From Burkholderiales bacterium (lineage in GTDB: Bacteria; Pseudomonadota; Gammaproteobacteria; Burkholderiales; Usitatibacteraceae): a stretch of DNA of 64,000 nt. The notes below the pieces were generated by a model that saw only the letters and a list, made by a program, of their open reading frames with translations, did not search any database and had not been told where the DNA came from. The stretch covers positions 73,895 to 137,894 of the forward strand of contig JBBRAM010000007.1 in NCBI GenBank assembly GCA_038206765.1. The letters are read 5' to 3'. Shown here in pieces: positions 55,055 through 64,000 of the stretch. The position numbers were made by a program, and so were the translations under genes. The first letter of the stretch is position 1. The number at the start of each line of letters is the position of its first letter.

Positions 55055-55795
55055 CTACAACTCAGTCGCATGCGCAATCTCACAAGCCTTCGCAAAATCG
55101 AGCTTACCTTCATAAATCGCCCGCCCGGTGATCGCGCCCATGATGCCTTCATCTTCCACGGCCATGAGGCGCTTTACGTCTTCGATATCGTTCAAGCCAC
55201 CGCTGGCAATCACGGGGATCGACAGCGCTTTGGCGAGCTTTACCGTGGCGTCAATATTCACGCCGGTCATCATGCCGTCGCGGCCGATGTCGGTGTAGAG
55301 CACGGCCTCTACGCCATAGTCTTGGAAGCGCACGGCTAAATCAATCACATCATGGCCGGTTAATTTTGACCAGCCATCGGTGGCGACTTTGCCGTCTTTG
55401 GCATCCAGCGCGACAATGATATGTCCGGGGAACGCGTCACAGGCTTCGTGCAGGAAACCGGAAATTTTGACCGCTGCCGTGCCGATGACGATGTAGGAAA
55501 CGCCGTCATCCAAATAGCGCTCGATGGTATCTAAATCACGGATGCCGCCGCCGAGTTGGATCGCCATTTCATCGCCGACTTCGGCAATGATTTGTTTGAC
55601 CACGTTTTCGTTTTTCGGCTTGCCGGCAAACGCGCCGTTGAGATCAACGACATGCAATCGTCTGGCGCCCATATCGAGCCATTTGCGGGCGGTTTCGCCG
55701 GCGTTGTCAGAGAAAATTTTGGCAGAATCCATTTCGCCTTTTTCAAGGCGCACGCATTTGCCGTCTTTGATATCAATGGCGGGGATGATCAACAT
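55055..55795 (-). CDS. hisA: ProFAR isomerase (1-(5-phosphoribosyl)-5-[(5-phosphoribosylamino)methylideneamino]imidazole-4-carboxamide isomerase)
   Basis: [18 protein letters not shown]-terminus, [15 protein letters not shown]. Confidence 0.95.
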   Translation of the reverse strand: MLIIPAIDIKDGKCVRLEKGEMDSAKIFSDNAGETARKWLDMGARRLHVVDLNGAFAGKPKNENVVKQIIAEVGDEMAIQLGGGIRDLDTIERYLDDGVSYIVIGTAAVKISGFLHEACDAFPGHIIVALDAKDGKVATDGWSKLTGHDVIDLAVRFQDYGVEAVLYTDIGRDGMMTGVNIDATVKLAKALSIPVIASGGLNDIEDVKRLMAVEDEGIMGAITGRAIYEGKLDFAKACEIAHATEL

Positions 55796-55805
55796 GATGG
55801 GAAAT

Positions 55806-56534
55806 TTAAGGATTCCATTGCAGGAAATTTTTGTAAAGCGTCAGACCGGCGTGATGACTTTTTTCAGGATGAAATTGTGTGGCAAAAATATTGTCGCGGG
55901 CAATCGCAGCGGTAAACCGAATGCCATAGTTTGCCATGGCAGCACGCACATTGCTGGCTTTGTTGATTTTGGCATCTCGATCAATTTCATCAGCTTTGCC
56001 AATTGCAGCTTCGGCTTCAGACGGCTCACAGTAATAACTATGCACGAAATAAAAGCGTTCTGCATCGGGAATGTTTTTCCATAGCGGATGCGTCCCTGAA
56101 AGTCCCGCACATTGGTAGACTTCATTCCAACCCATGTGCGGGACTTTTAGCGTCGCATCCGTCGGGTGAAATTTTTTAACCGTGCCGGAAAAAATACCAA
56201 GGCCGTCGGTATGGGTTTGCATATTCGCCTCTTCCGAGGTGTCAAACAACATTTGCATGCCAACACAAACACCGAAGAATGGTTTGGATTTCGTCGGCGA
56301 ATTCGCCGCGTCTCGCACCGCTTGTTCTAAACCGCTTTCACGCAAATATTTCATGCAGTCAGGCATCGCGCCCTGCCCGGGAAACACGACGCGATCGGCA
56401 TTCGCCACGTCTTGCGGAGAGCCGGAAATCGACACCTGAAACGGCAGCGCGTGCTCGCGTACGACGAACTCAAACGCTTTCGCTACCGAGCGCAAGTTGC
56501 CCATTCCATAATCAACGACAACGAGTTTTTGCAT
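55806..56534 (-). CDS. hisH: imidazole glycerol phosphate synthase glutamine amidotransferase subunit
   Basis: [21 protein letters not shown] (catalytic Cys), QFHPEKS. At 242 aa it is longer than usual. Confidence 0.93.
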   Translation of the reverse strand: MQKLVVVDYGMGNLRSVAKAFEFVVREHALPFQVSISGSPQDVANADRVVFPGQGAMPDCMKYLRESGLEQAVRDAANSPTKSKPFFGVCVGMQMLFDTSEEANMQTHTDGLGIFSGTVKKFHPTDATLKVPHMGWNEVYQCAGLSGTHPLWKNIPDAERFYFVHSYYCEPSEAEAAIGKADEIDRDAKINKASNVRAAMANYGIRFTAAIARDNIFATQFHPEKSHHAGLTLYKNFLQWNP

Positions 56535-56845
56535 AGTGCTTTTATTGGTAAATCATGCCAAACACCAGCATTGGCGCCCACTTTGAGGCATTTGGTTAGA
56601 TAGGTGCTTAAATCAGCAGCAGCGTTCAAGCGAGATTTTACCTCAGAAGGCGTCTCCCGGCTCAGCCGCCAGCAGGCTGCCGATGCACGGCATTGCTTTG
56701 ATATGCCCCAACTTTCTTGCCGTGGTATTTTTTGGGTAGTGCGGCAATGCCGCCAGTGGGAAACCTGCGCCAGGTGTAACGTTGGCTGATTTGCTGCCAG
56801 CAATGCTGCGAAGGCCGATCGTCCGCCGATCGCCGTAGCGTCAGA

Positions 56846-59263
56846 CTACAAGACACTTAACTTCGCATACTGCAACGACAACCACTTCACCCCTTCAGCG
56901 CGAAATTTCACTTGCACACGGGCGTCGTTACCGCGGCCTTCAAAATTCACCACCACGCCTTCGCCAAATTTTTCATGCTTCACGTTTTGACCTACCGCGA
57001 ACGGGTGCGTATCAGCTTTTTTGGTTTCAAAACCAGCGCGCGTGGTGTCTGGCGCGCCTTGGCGGCCGTAGGGTTGATTGCCTTGCTCGGCGTAATGCTG
57101 TGATGCATAACTTTGCTTATGTCCGGTATACGCGCTGCCGGATGAAGTGTTACCGTTACCTCCACCACTCGCTTCACCCGTACGAAGGCCGCTATTTCCA
57201 ATATAACCACCGGCCCCAAAGTGTGCGCCGTACGCCGCGTTTTTATCCGGCACTACCAACCATTTGCACAGCTCTTCCGGAATTTCATCAATAAAGCGCG
57301 AAACCACCCCGTAGCGTGTTTGGCCGTGCAACATACGCGAGCCAGCATAGGTTAGGTAGAGCCGTTTGCGGGCGCGGGTGATTGCCACGTACATCAGCCG
57401 CCGCTCTTCCTCCAAGCCGTCAAAATCGTTCATCGATTGTTCGTGCGGGAACAAGCCCTCTTCACAGCCGCTCAAGAACACCGCGTTAAATTCCAAGCCC
57501 TTCGCAGCGTGAACCGTCATCAGTTGCAGCGCATCATCACTCTCGCCTGCTTCATGTTCGCCGGCTTCCAAGCTCGCGTGGGTTAGGAAACTGGTCAGCG
57601 CATCGGTGGGTTCTTCGCCTTCCAGCGGTCCCTCGAAGGTTTCCTCAAACTGCGCGCAGGCGGTGACTAATTCGCTTAAATTTGCCAAGCGATCGGCACC
57701 TTCACGCTCGGCGGCGTAGTGGGTTTTGAGGCCGCTCAATTCCAAGCATTCATCAACTAATTCGGCCAAGGAGACCTTGCCCGAGGACGATTTCAGCGCC
57801 TCGCAGATCTTCAAAAACGAGCCCACTGCCACACCCGCCCGTCCCGCCAAATCGCCGCTCGAAATGCCGTTGGCCGCTGCCGCATAGAGCGAAATGTTAT
57901 ACCGCTTGGCCAAGTCCATCACTTGCTCTACCGAGCGCGCCCCAATGCCGCGCGGCGGAAAATTCACCACCCGCGAGAACGCGCCATCATCATCCGGATT
58001 GCCCGCGAGCCGCAAATAAGCGAGCGCATGTTTAATTTCAAGCCGTTCAAAAAACCGCAATCCGCCATAAACACGATACGAGATTCCCGATCTGAAAAGA
58101 GCGTGCTCAAGGACTCGCGATTGGGCGTTGGATCGATAGAGCAACGCCATGTCGGCAAACGCCATGCCTTCGCGATTCAGCGTTCGCGCTTCTTCCACCA
58201 CAAACTCAGCCTCATCCAAATCAGTTGAGGCGGGATAGATGCGGAGATTTTCACCTTTGCCCGCGTCTGTCCATAAATTTTTACCGAGGCGATCTTTGTT
58301 GTGGGAAATGACAGCATTCGCGGCATCTAGGATCGCGCCTTCTGAACGGTAATTTTGTTCAAGCTTTATGACATTCCCATTGGCAAAATCCCGCTGAAAA
58401 TCGCGCATATTGCCAACTTCGGCGCCCCGAAAGCCGTAGATCGATTGATCGTCGTCACCAACTGCGAAAACCGCATTCGGTTGTTCGACCGTGCGAGAAC
58501 CCGCCAACAGCTGGATCCATTTGTATTGCAGCCGGTTGGTGTCTTGAAACTCATCGACCAAAATAAATTTAAACCGGTTTTGATAATGCTCGCAAAGCGG
58601 CTTATTTTTGCCAAGCAATTCGTAGCAGCGTAACAGCAATTCTGCAAAATCTACCACCCCCTCGCGGTTGCATTGCTCATCGTAGGCTTGGTAAATTTCG
58701 ACTTGGCGGCGGGTGAACTCGTCTTTTGCTTCCACCACATGCGGGCGCAGGCCTTGTTCTTTAGCGCTGTTGATAAACCACGCCATTTCGCGCGGTTTGA
58801 ATTTTTCATCATCGACATTCAGCGCTTTGAGCAATCGTTTGATGGCTGATTGCTGATCGCCGGAATCGAGAATCTGAAAGGTCTGCGGCAAATTCACATC
58901 ACGGTAATGCGCCCGCAGCATCCGGTTACACAAGCCATGGAACGTGCCGACCCACATGCCGCGGGTGTTAATCGGCATCATTGAAGTCAAACGCGTCAGC
59001 ATCTCGCGCGAGGCTTTGTTGGTGAAGGTCACGGCCAGCAAACCGCTGGGACTGACCTGGCCGGTTTGGATCAGGTAGGCAATCCGTGTCGTGAGCACCC
59101 GCGTCTTGCCGCTGCCCGCGCCCGCCAGCACCAATGCGCTGTCCCTAGCAAGAGTGACGGCTTTGAGTTGTGCGGGATTGAGGTTGTCGAGCAGGCGGGG
59201 GGAAACATGGGATAGGGGTAGGGCGAGGGAGGGGGCGGCGGAGTGGGAATCTGAGGCTTGCAT
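56846..59263 (-). CDS. uvrD: DNA helicase II (UvrD)
   Basis: LNPAQLKAV, Walker A AGAGSGKT, VDEFQDTN, and a C-terminal Tudor-like tail (VKHEKFGEGVV). Start chosen at ATG 59263 (alternatives 59299 and 59344). The 59497 start would overlap the divergent regulator gene. Confidence 0.9.
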   Translation of the reverse strand: MQASDSHSAAPSLALPLSHVSPRLLDNLNPAQLKAVTLARDSALVLAGAGSGKTRVLTTRIAYLIQTGQVSPSGLLAVTFTNKASREMLTRLTSMMPINTRGMWVGTFHGLCNRMLRAHYRDVNLPQTFQILDSGDQQSAIKRLLKALNVDDEKFKPREMAWFINSAKEQGLRPHVVEAKDEFTRRQVEIYQAYDEQCNREGVVDFAELLLRCYELLGKNKPLCEHYQNRFKFILVDEFQDTNRLQYKWIQLLAGSRTVEQPNAVFAVGDDDQSIYGFRGAEVGNMRDFQRDFANGNVIKLEQNYRSEGAILDAANAVISHNKDRLGKNLWTDAGKGENLRIYPASTDLDEAEFVVEEARTLNREGMAFADMALLYRSNAQSRVLEHALFRSGISYRVYGGLRFFERLEIKHALAYLRLAGNPDDDGAFSRVVNFPPRGIGARSVEQVMDLAKRYNISLYAAAANGISSGDLAGRAGVAVGSFLKICEALKSSSGKVSLAELVDECLELSGLKTHYAAEREGADRLANLSELVTACAQFEETFEGPLEGEEPTDALTSFLTHASLEAGEHEAGESDDALQLMTVHAAKGLEFNAVFLSGCEEGLFPHEQSMNDFDGLEEERRLMYVAITRARKRLYLTYAGSRMLHGQTRYGVVSRFIDEIPEELCKWLVVPDKNAAYGAHFGAGGYIGNSGLRTGEASGGGNGNTSSGSAYTGHKQSYASQHYAEQGNQPYGRQGAPDTTRAGFETKKADTHPFAVGQNVKHEKFGEGVVVNFEGRGNDARVQVKFRAEGVKWLSLQYAKLSVL

Positions 59264-59360
59264 GGGTGCACCGAAGGAAAGCGGGAAAGCTTGGCTCATT
59301 ATAAGTGGTGGTGCGCCGATCAACTGAGTCGGGCATGAAGTCATCGTAAAATATTTTTCC

Positions 59361-59380
59361 ATTTCAGTCTTGACTGAAAT
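59361..59380. promoter_or_regulatory. perfect palindrome ATTTCAGT-CTTG-ACTGAAAT, candidate operator of the GbsR-family regulator (autoregulation)
   Basis: Read directly from the sequence. It ends 24 nt before the ATG at 59405. A 15/16-matching copy lies at 60154-60173. Confidence 0.5.
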
Positions 59381-59404
59381 AACTGGAAGGCGTAGATTAT
59401 TAAT

Positions 59405-59938
59405 ATGGAACTCAAACCTGTCGCCAAAAAATTTGTGCTCCACTGGGGCGAAATGGGCACCACTTGGGGCGTTAACCGCACCGTGGCGCAAATTCACGCG
59501 CTGCTATTCATCGCCGGGCGCCCCATGAACGCCGATGAAATCACCGAAACGCTCGGCGTGGCTAGGTCAAACGTAAGCATGAGCCTCAAAGAGCTCTCAA
59601 ATTGGAACCTCATCCGCTCGATGCCGCTGATGGGTGATCGGCGCGATCACTACGAGACGACCACCGATGTGTGGGAGCTTTTTCGCACTGTCGTGCGGGA
59701 GCGCAAGTCTCGCGAGTTTGATCCCACCATCGAGGTGTTGCGCGATTGCCTGAAAAGTGGCGACATTGCCTCTGAGGATAAAGCCGCGCAGATGCGGATT
59801 AAGGAGACGTTGGCATTAATGGAAGCGCTTTCATCGTGGGCATCCGAGATGATTCGCCTGGAGCCCGAGACGATGATGAAAGTGATTAAGATGGGCGCGA
59901 AGGTGCAGCAGTTTGTGCGCAGCAAGTCGGATAGTTAG
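59405..59938 (+). CDS. GbsR/MarR-family transcriptional regulator
   Basis: WGVNRTVAQIHALLFIAGRPMNADEITETLGVARSNVSMSLKELSNWNLI winged-helix segment, typical of the GbsR family. Confidence 0.75.
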   Translation: MELKPVAKKFVLHWGEMGTTWGVNRTVAQIHALLFIAGRPMNADEITETLGVARSNVSMSLKELSNWNLIRSMPLMGDRRDHYETTTDVWELFRTVVRERKSREFDPTIEVLRDCLKSGDIASEDKAAQMRIKETLALMEALSSWASEMIRLEPETMMKVIKMGAKVQQFVRSKSDS

Positions 59939-60153
59939 CAGAACAGGATTGTCGGCTGCAAGTTGAACGCTCTAATTGGCTTAATCCGTCAAACTCCGGG
60001 CCGGGCGTGGTGTTTGGCGTAATTCAGGTGCTGCAGGGTTTCAGTTGCTCTGGTGAAGGTTTGGTACTGAGTTTGAAGCGGAGGTTGCGGCTGAGGTTGA
60101 GGTTGGCTTTAACGGCACCGCAGTAGAAACAAGCGAAAATTTTTTAACTTTTT

Positions 60154-60173
60154 ATTTCATTATTTACTGAAAT
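60154..60173. promoter_or_regulatory. near-palindrome ATTTCATT-ATTT-ACTGAAAT, second copy of the candidate operator
   Basis: It has the same half-sites and 4-nt spacer as 59361-59380, with one mismatch. It sits in an AT-rich stretch and ends 74 nt upstream of the DCC-family gene ATG at 60248. Confidence 0.45.
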
Positions 60174-60247
60174 TAAAGAAACAAAAAACAATTGGAATTG
60201 AAATGGTGCTGAAACGCTGTTGAAATTTCGCATAGAAAGGAACCTGT

Positions 60248-60859
60248 ATGAAGATGACAACCGTAAAAACGCCAACCCATGCCTTGCCCAATCCGCAAGA
60301 GACCAACAGCCTCGGCAACCAGGTAGCGATCGCCTACCCGCTCACCGTCTATTTTGATGGTTCATGCCGCCTTTGCAACAGCGAAATGCAAAACATCGCC
60401 GCGCGCGATGTGATTCGCGCCATTCAACAAAATAGCGAGCCGATGCTCAATTTAATTGATTGCAGCCCAGTCGATTTTGACGACAGCGCCTTGCCAGCTA
60501 GCCGCGAAACCATGATGAATATGATCCACGCCCGCGATGCAGCTGGGCGATGGCTGCGCGGGGTGGATGTGTTTGTGGCCTGCTACGCGGCTGCCGATCT
60601 GGGCGTTGTCAGCCGCATCTTGGCGCACCGATTAATCAAACCCTATGCGGCACGACTGTATCCGTGGATCGTGCGCAACCGCTATCGCATGTCCAAAATT
60701 GGCTTGCACCGGTTGCTGGAAATATTTTCCAATCGAGCGAAAGCGCGGGCCGCCCAGCTCGCGACACAAACAACGCTGGCGAAAATGGCCTATGCACAAA
60801 GCCAAGTCTGCGCGGCGGATCGAAAGAATTGTGCGGCTAGATCAGTGCTTCACGATTGA
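60248..60859 (+). CDS. thiol-disulfide oxidoreductase DCC family protein (DUF393)
   Basis: YFDGSCRLCNSEM (D-x-x-C-x-x-C) motif near the N-terminus. Confidence 0.75.
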   Translation: MKMTTVKTPTHALPNPQETNSLGNQVAIAYPLTVYFDGSCRLCNSEMQNIAARDVIRAIQQNSEPMLNLIDCSPVDFDDSALPASRETMMNMIHARDAAGRWLRGVDVFVACYAAADLGVVSRILAHRLIKPYAARLYPWIVRNRYRMSKIGLHRLLEIFSNRAKARAAQLATQTTLAKMAYAQSQVCAADRKNCAARSVLHD

Positions 60860-60954
60860 TGCTGACAGCATCTGACTTCTGCATTCTTTGGCCATACGCA
60901 AACCACAATCGAATCTTAAGCTCGTGTTCAACTTTAGAAATTGATGAGGAAAAT

Positions 60955-61413
60955 ATGAATGTCGAAACTGTCGACCCTGGAAGTGTCGCTTTGAATAGAA
61001 GTCCGATAATCGAACCGCCCTCGCTATGGACAATCATTCTATCGGCTGCTGTGATTGGTCCATTTGTAGGCGGCATGCCCTACCTCTACTGGACGATCTA
61101 CTCCCTCGTTGTTGCCTATGCCGTAGGTTTCATACCGGCGATATTAGGCGGTACATTATTTGCGTTCTGGCTGCGGTCCGCCTCGAGGGTAGATTTGCCC
61201 AGCGCGTGGAAAGGTGGATTGCATGGCGCATTTTTTGGCTCAACTGGCTGTGGGCTCTGCGCAAGCATATTCGCGTTTTTCAATGCGGGCGGAGACGCTT
61301 ACGGCTTATGTTTGTTTGTTGTCCTTCATGGACTTGGTGCAGGTTTTCTTGTCGGCGGAGTCATCACGAATTGCAACAATAGGAGAGCCCGTAATATTGG
61401 AGTCGCATCATGA
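60955..61413 (+). CDS. hypothetical integral membrane protein (about 4 TM)
   Basis: Gly-rich hydrophobic segments. GAGGA RBS upstream of ATG 60955. The stop overlaps the next gene (ATGA). No family recognised. Confidence 0.5.
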   Translation: MNVETVDPGSVALNRSPIIEPPSLWTIILSAAVIGPFVGGMPYLYWTIYSLVVAYAVGFIPAILGGTLFAFWLRSASRVDLPSAWKGGLHGAFFGSTGCGLCASIFAFFNAGGDAYGLCLFVVLHGLGAGFLVGGVITNCNNRRARNIGVAS

Positions 61414-62270
61414 ATATCCTCATCGTCGGCGGCAACGGCTTTATCGGCCGCCACATCGCCGCAACGTGTACGGCAGCAGGTCACAAAGCGATTCTTGGTG
61501 TGCGCAATGCGCCTGATCCGGACGGCACGATTGAATGCAACATGCTCACCGACACCAACATTGCCACGTGGTTACCCCGGCTCGCGAACATTGATGCCGT
61601 TATTAATTCGGTCGGCCTCTTGCACGCCAACTCAGCCGAATTCCAAGCGGTCCATGTTCACGCGCCAGCAGCGCTCGCAGCGGCTTGTGCTGAACTCAAA
61701 AAGCCGTTCCTGCATGTGTCGATGTTGGGCCTGGAGAAGGCTGCCAACACCGATTATTTTCAAAGCAAACGTCGGGGCGAAGATGCCGTTCGCAGTGCAC
61801 ATTCGGGTGCCATTATCGTCAGGCCTTCGCTGGTGTTTGGCGTTGATTCGCCATCGACCCAATTGCTATTAATGCAATCGCATTTGCCGCTGCTGTGTTT
61901 GCCCGCCAATACGAAAGCCATTGCGCCAATTCACGTTGATGATCTCGCGGCGTTGTGTCTGTCGCTAATCGGCACGATACGCGCGCTTGGTTGTGATGTG
62001 GACGCCGTTGGCGCAGAGGAATGTTCGATAGCGAGCTATGTGCAGGCACTGCGCGTGGCGCGCGGACGTCCGCGCGCCACGATGGTGAAAGTGCCAAATA
62101 GTTGGATGCGATTCGGCATGCATTGCGCCGCGTTTTTTGGGGCACGCACGATTACGCCGGAGGCGTTGGATTTAATGGAGCATGCGCACACCGGCGACGC
62201 GCGCGTATTCACACGCTGGATGCGCCGCGCGCCGACGCCGATTGCATCGTTTCAAATGATTGCACATTAA
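61410..62270 (+). CDS. NAD(P)-binding SDR-family protein (NmrA/NDUFA9/epimerase-like)
   Basis: MNILIVGGNGFIGRHIA Rossmann N-terminus and a YFQSKRRGE (Y-x-x-x-K) motif. Confidence 0.75.
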   Translation: MNILIVGGNGFIGRHIAATCTAAGHKAILGVRNAPDPDGTIECNMLTDTNIATWLPRLANIDAVINSVGLLHANSAEFQAVHVHAPAALAAACAELKKPFLHVSMLGLEKAANTDYFQSKRRGEDAVRSAHSGAIIVRPSLVFGVDSPSTQLLLMQSHLPLLCLPANTKAIAPIHVDDLAALCLSLIGTIRALGCDVDAVGAEECSIASYVQALRVARGRPRATMVKVPNSWMRFGMHCAAFFGARTITPEALDLMEHAHTGDARVFTRWMRRAPTPIASFQMIAH

Positions 62271-62373
62271 AAATATGAACCCTAGGCTGGGCTTGCCGCC
62301 TGAGCCGATAATGGCTGAAACAGCAACTTCAGGCTAGGGTTCAGCTCGCCAACCGCAATATTCTGGAGCATCC

Positions 62374-62895
62374 GTGATGATCGTCAAATGCGGTTTTCCC
62401 TGTGATAGCGCAATCGATCGTCGTTTGCTAGCCGCAGCCTACTATCAAGATTCGTATCGTGCGCCAGTGCGCCATGCGGAATCGGGCGTCGTCGAAAATT
62501 TTCTGGGCATCTTTGCGCATACCCCAGTTTGGATAAAGGTGTTGCTGGTTATTCGCAATAAGATAGCGTCGTGGTGCGGCCTTGATACGGCCACTACCGC
62601 CGAGATCATGAATCCTGAAATCAAAAAAAGTTACGCGGTCGGCGATAAAATTGGTCCATGGCCTATTTTCGCGCTCACGGAGAGCGAGCTGATCGCGGGC
62701 CGCGACAATAAACACCTTGATTTCCGACTTTCAATACTCAGGATAGCCGACGAGGGAAATGGCTTTGCGATCGTATCGACCGTCTGCAAGGTGCGCAATA
62801 CGTTCGGAAAAATCTATCTTTTCTGCATCGTCCCATTCCATAAATGGGGCATCCGACGGTTGATCACTAACGCGGTTGTGGCCGGAAGATTGTGA
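62374..62895 (+). CDS. DUF2867 domain-containing protein
   Basis: Size, YYQDSY N-terminal segment and FRLS...GNGFAIVSTVCKVRN pattern. Typical partner of SDR/DCC genes. GTG start. Confidence 0.55.
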   Translation: MMIVKCGFPCDSAIDRRLLAAAYYQDSYRAPVRHAESGVVENFLGIFAHTPVWIKVLLVIRNKIASWCGLDTATTAEIMNPEIKKSYAVGDKIGPWPIFALTESELIAGRDNKHLDFRLSILRIADEGNGFAIVSTVCKVRNTFGKIYLFCIVPFHKWGIRRLITNAVVAGRL

Positions 62896-62984
62896 GCTGC
62901 TTGCGCCTGAGTTTGCCGTCGGTAATGCAATAAGCTAGTTCAACAGGTGGCACAAACGAAAGCGACGCTACCGCGATCATTTAA

Positions 62985-64000
<1,016 letters not shown>

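Noticed and set aside
56535-56845. The 310-nt gap between the hisH start and the uvrD stop as a his leader/attenuator or ncRNA.
   Set aside because: I found no His-codon-rich leader peptide and no clear alternative hairpins. The small ORFs on both strands (56483-56803, 56604-56789, 56662-56856) have no supporting features.

Overview
This is a chromosomal, mostly core-genome window. It most likely comes from a betaproteobacterium of the Burkholderiales type, judged only from gene order: pcm-rhodanese-tolC-waaA-waaC, petABC-sspAB and hisHAFIE-hit-tatABC. I support about 64 CDS. I saw no rRNA, tRNA, CRISPR array, transposase or integrase.

Layout:
- 89-8191: a co-directional block of poorly characterised enzymes. 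It holds an alpha/beta hydrolase, an ArsS-family radical SAM protein, a degenerate metallophosphoesterase, a patatin lipase, a TVP38-flavoprotein disulfide reductase fusion and a DUF547 protein.
- 8314-19867: yceH, a TetR regulator, pcm, rhodanese, tolC, a low-GC orphan ORF, LPS core genes (waaA, waaC, a GT2), an ATPase-less MlaE/MlaD/lipoprotein trio and a cytochrome c.
- 20008-28847: an ABC-transporter-type O-antigen locus (rfbBAC, an rfbD-aminotransferase fusion, a GNAT, wzm, wzt and one 661-aa glycosyltransferase).
- 29046-40937: a complete 11-gene type II secretion system in xps-like order E-F-G-H-I-J-K-L-M-C/N-D.
- 40957-43617: more LPS core genes (GT2, DUF4254, GT9).
- 43857-59263: housekeeping genes (CBS protein, sspBA, petCBA, mscL, a Deg-type protease, tatCBA, hit, hisEIFAH, uvrD).
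- 59405-62895: a GbsR-family regulator followed by a DCC / membrane protein / SDR / DUF2867 operon.
- 63216 to the window end: the 5' part of leuS. It is absent from the ORF track because it has no stop codon in the window.

The best candidates for new biology are:
- the radical SAM + metallophosphoesterase (+ lipase / flavoprotein / DUF547) block;
- the T2SS, whose ATPase carries two MshEN-type c-di-GMP-binding motifs, whose secretin has a lipobox, and whose secretin 3' end is a sharply bounded low-GC patch;
- the RfbD-aminotransferase fusion;
- the palindromic operator shared by the GbsR-like regulator and the downstream DCC-SDR-DUF2867 operon.

All functional calls rest on motif and family recognition by eye. 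No database search was run.
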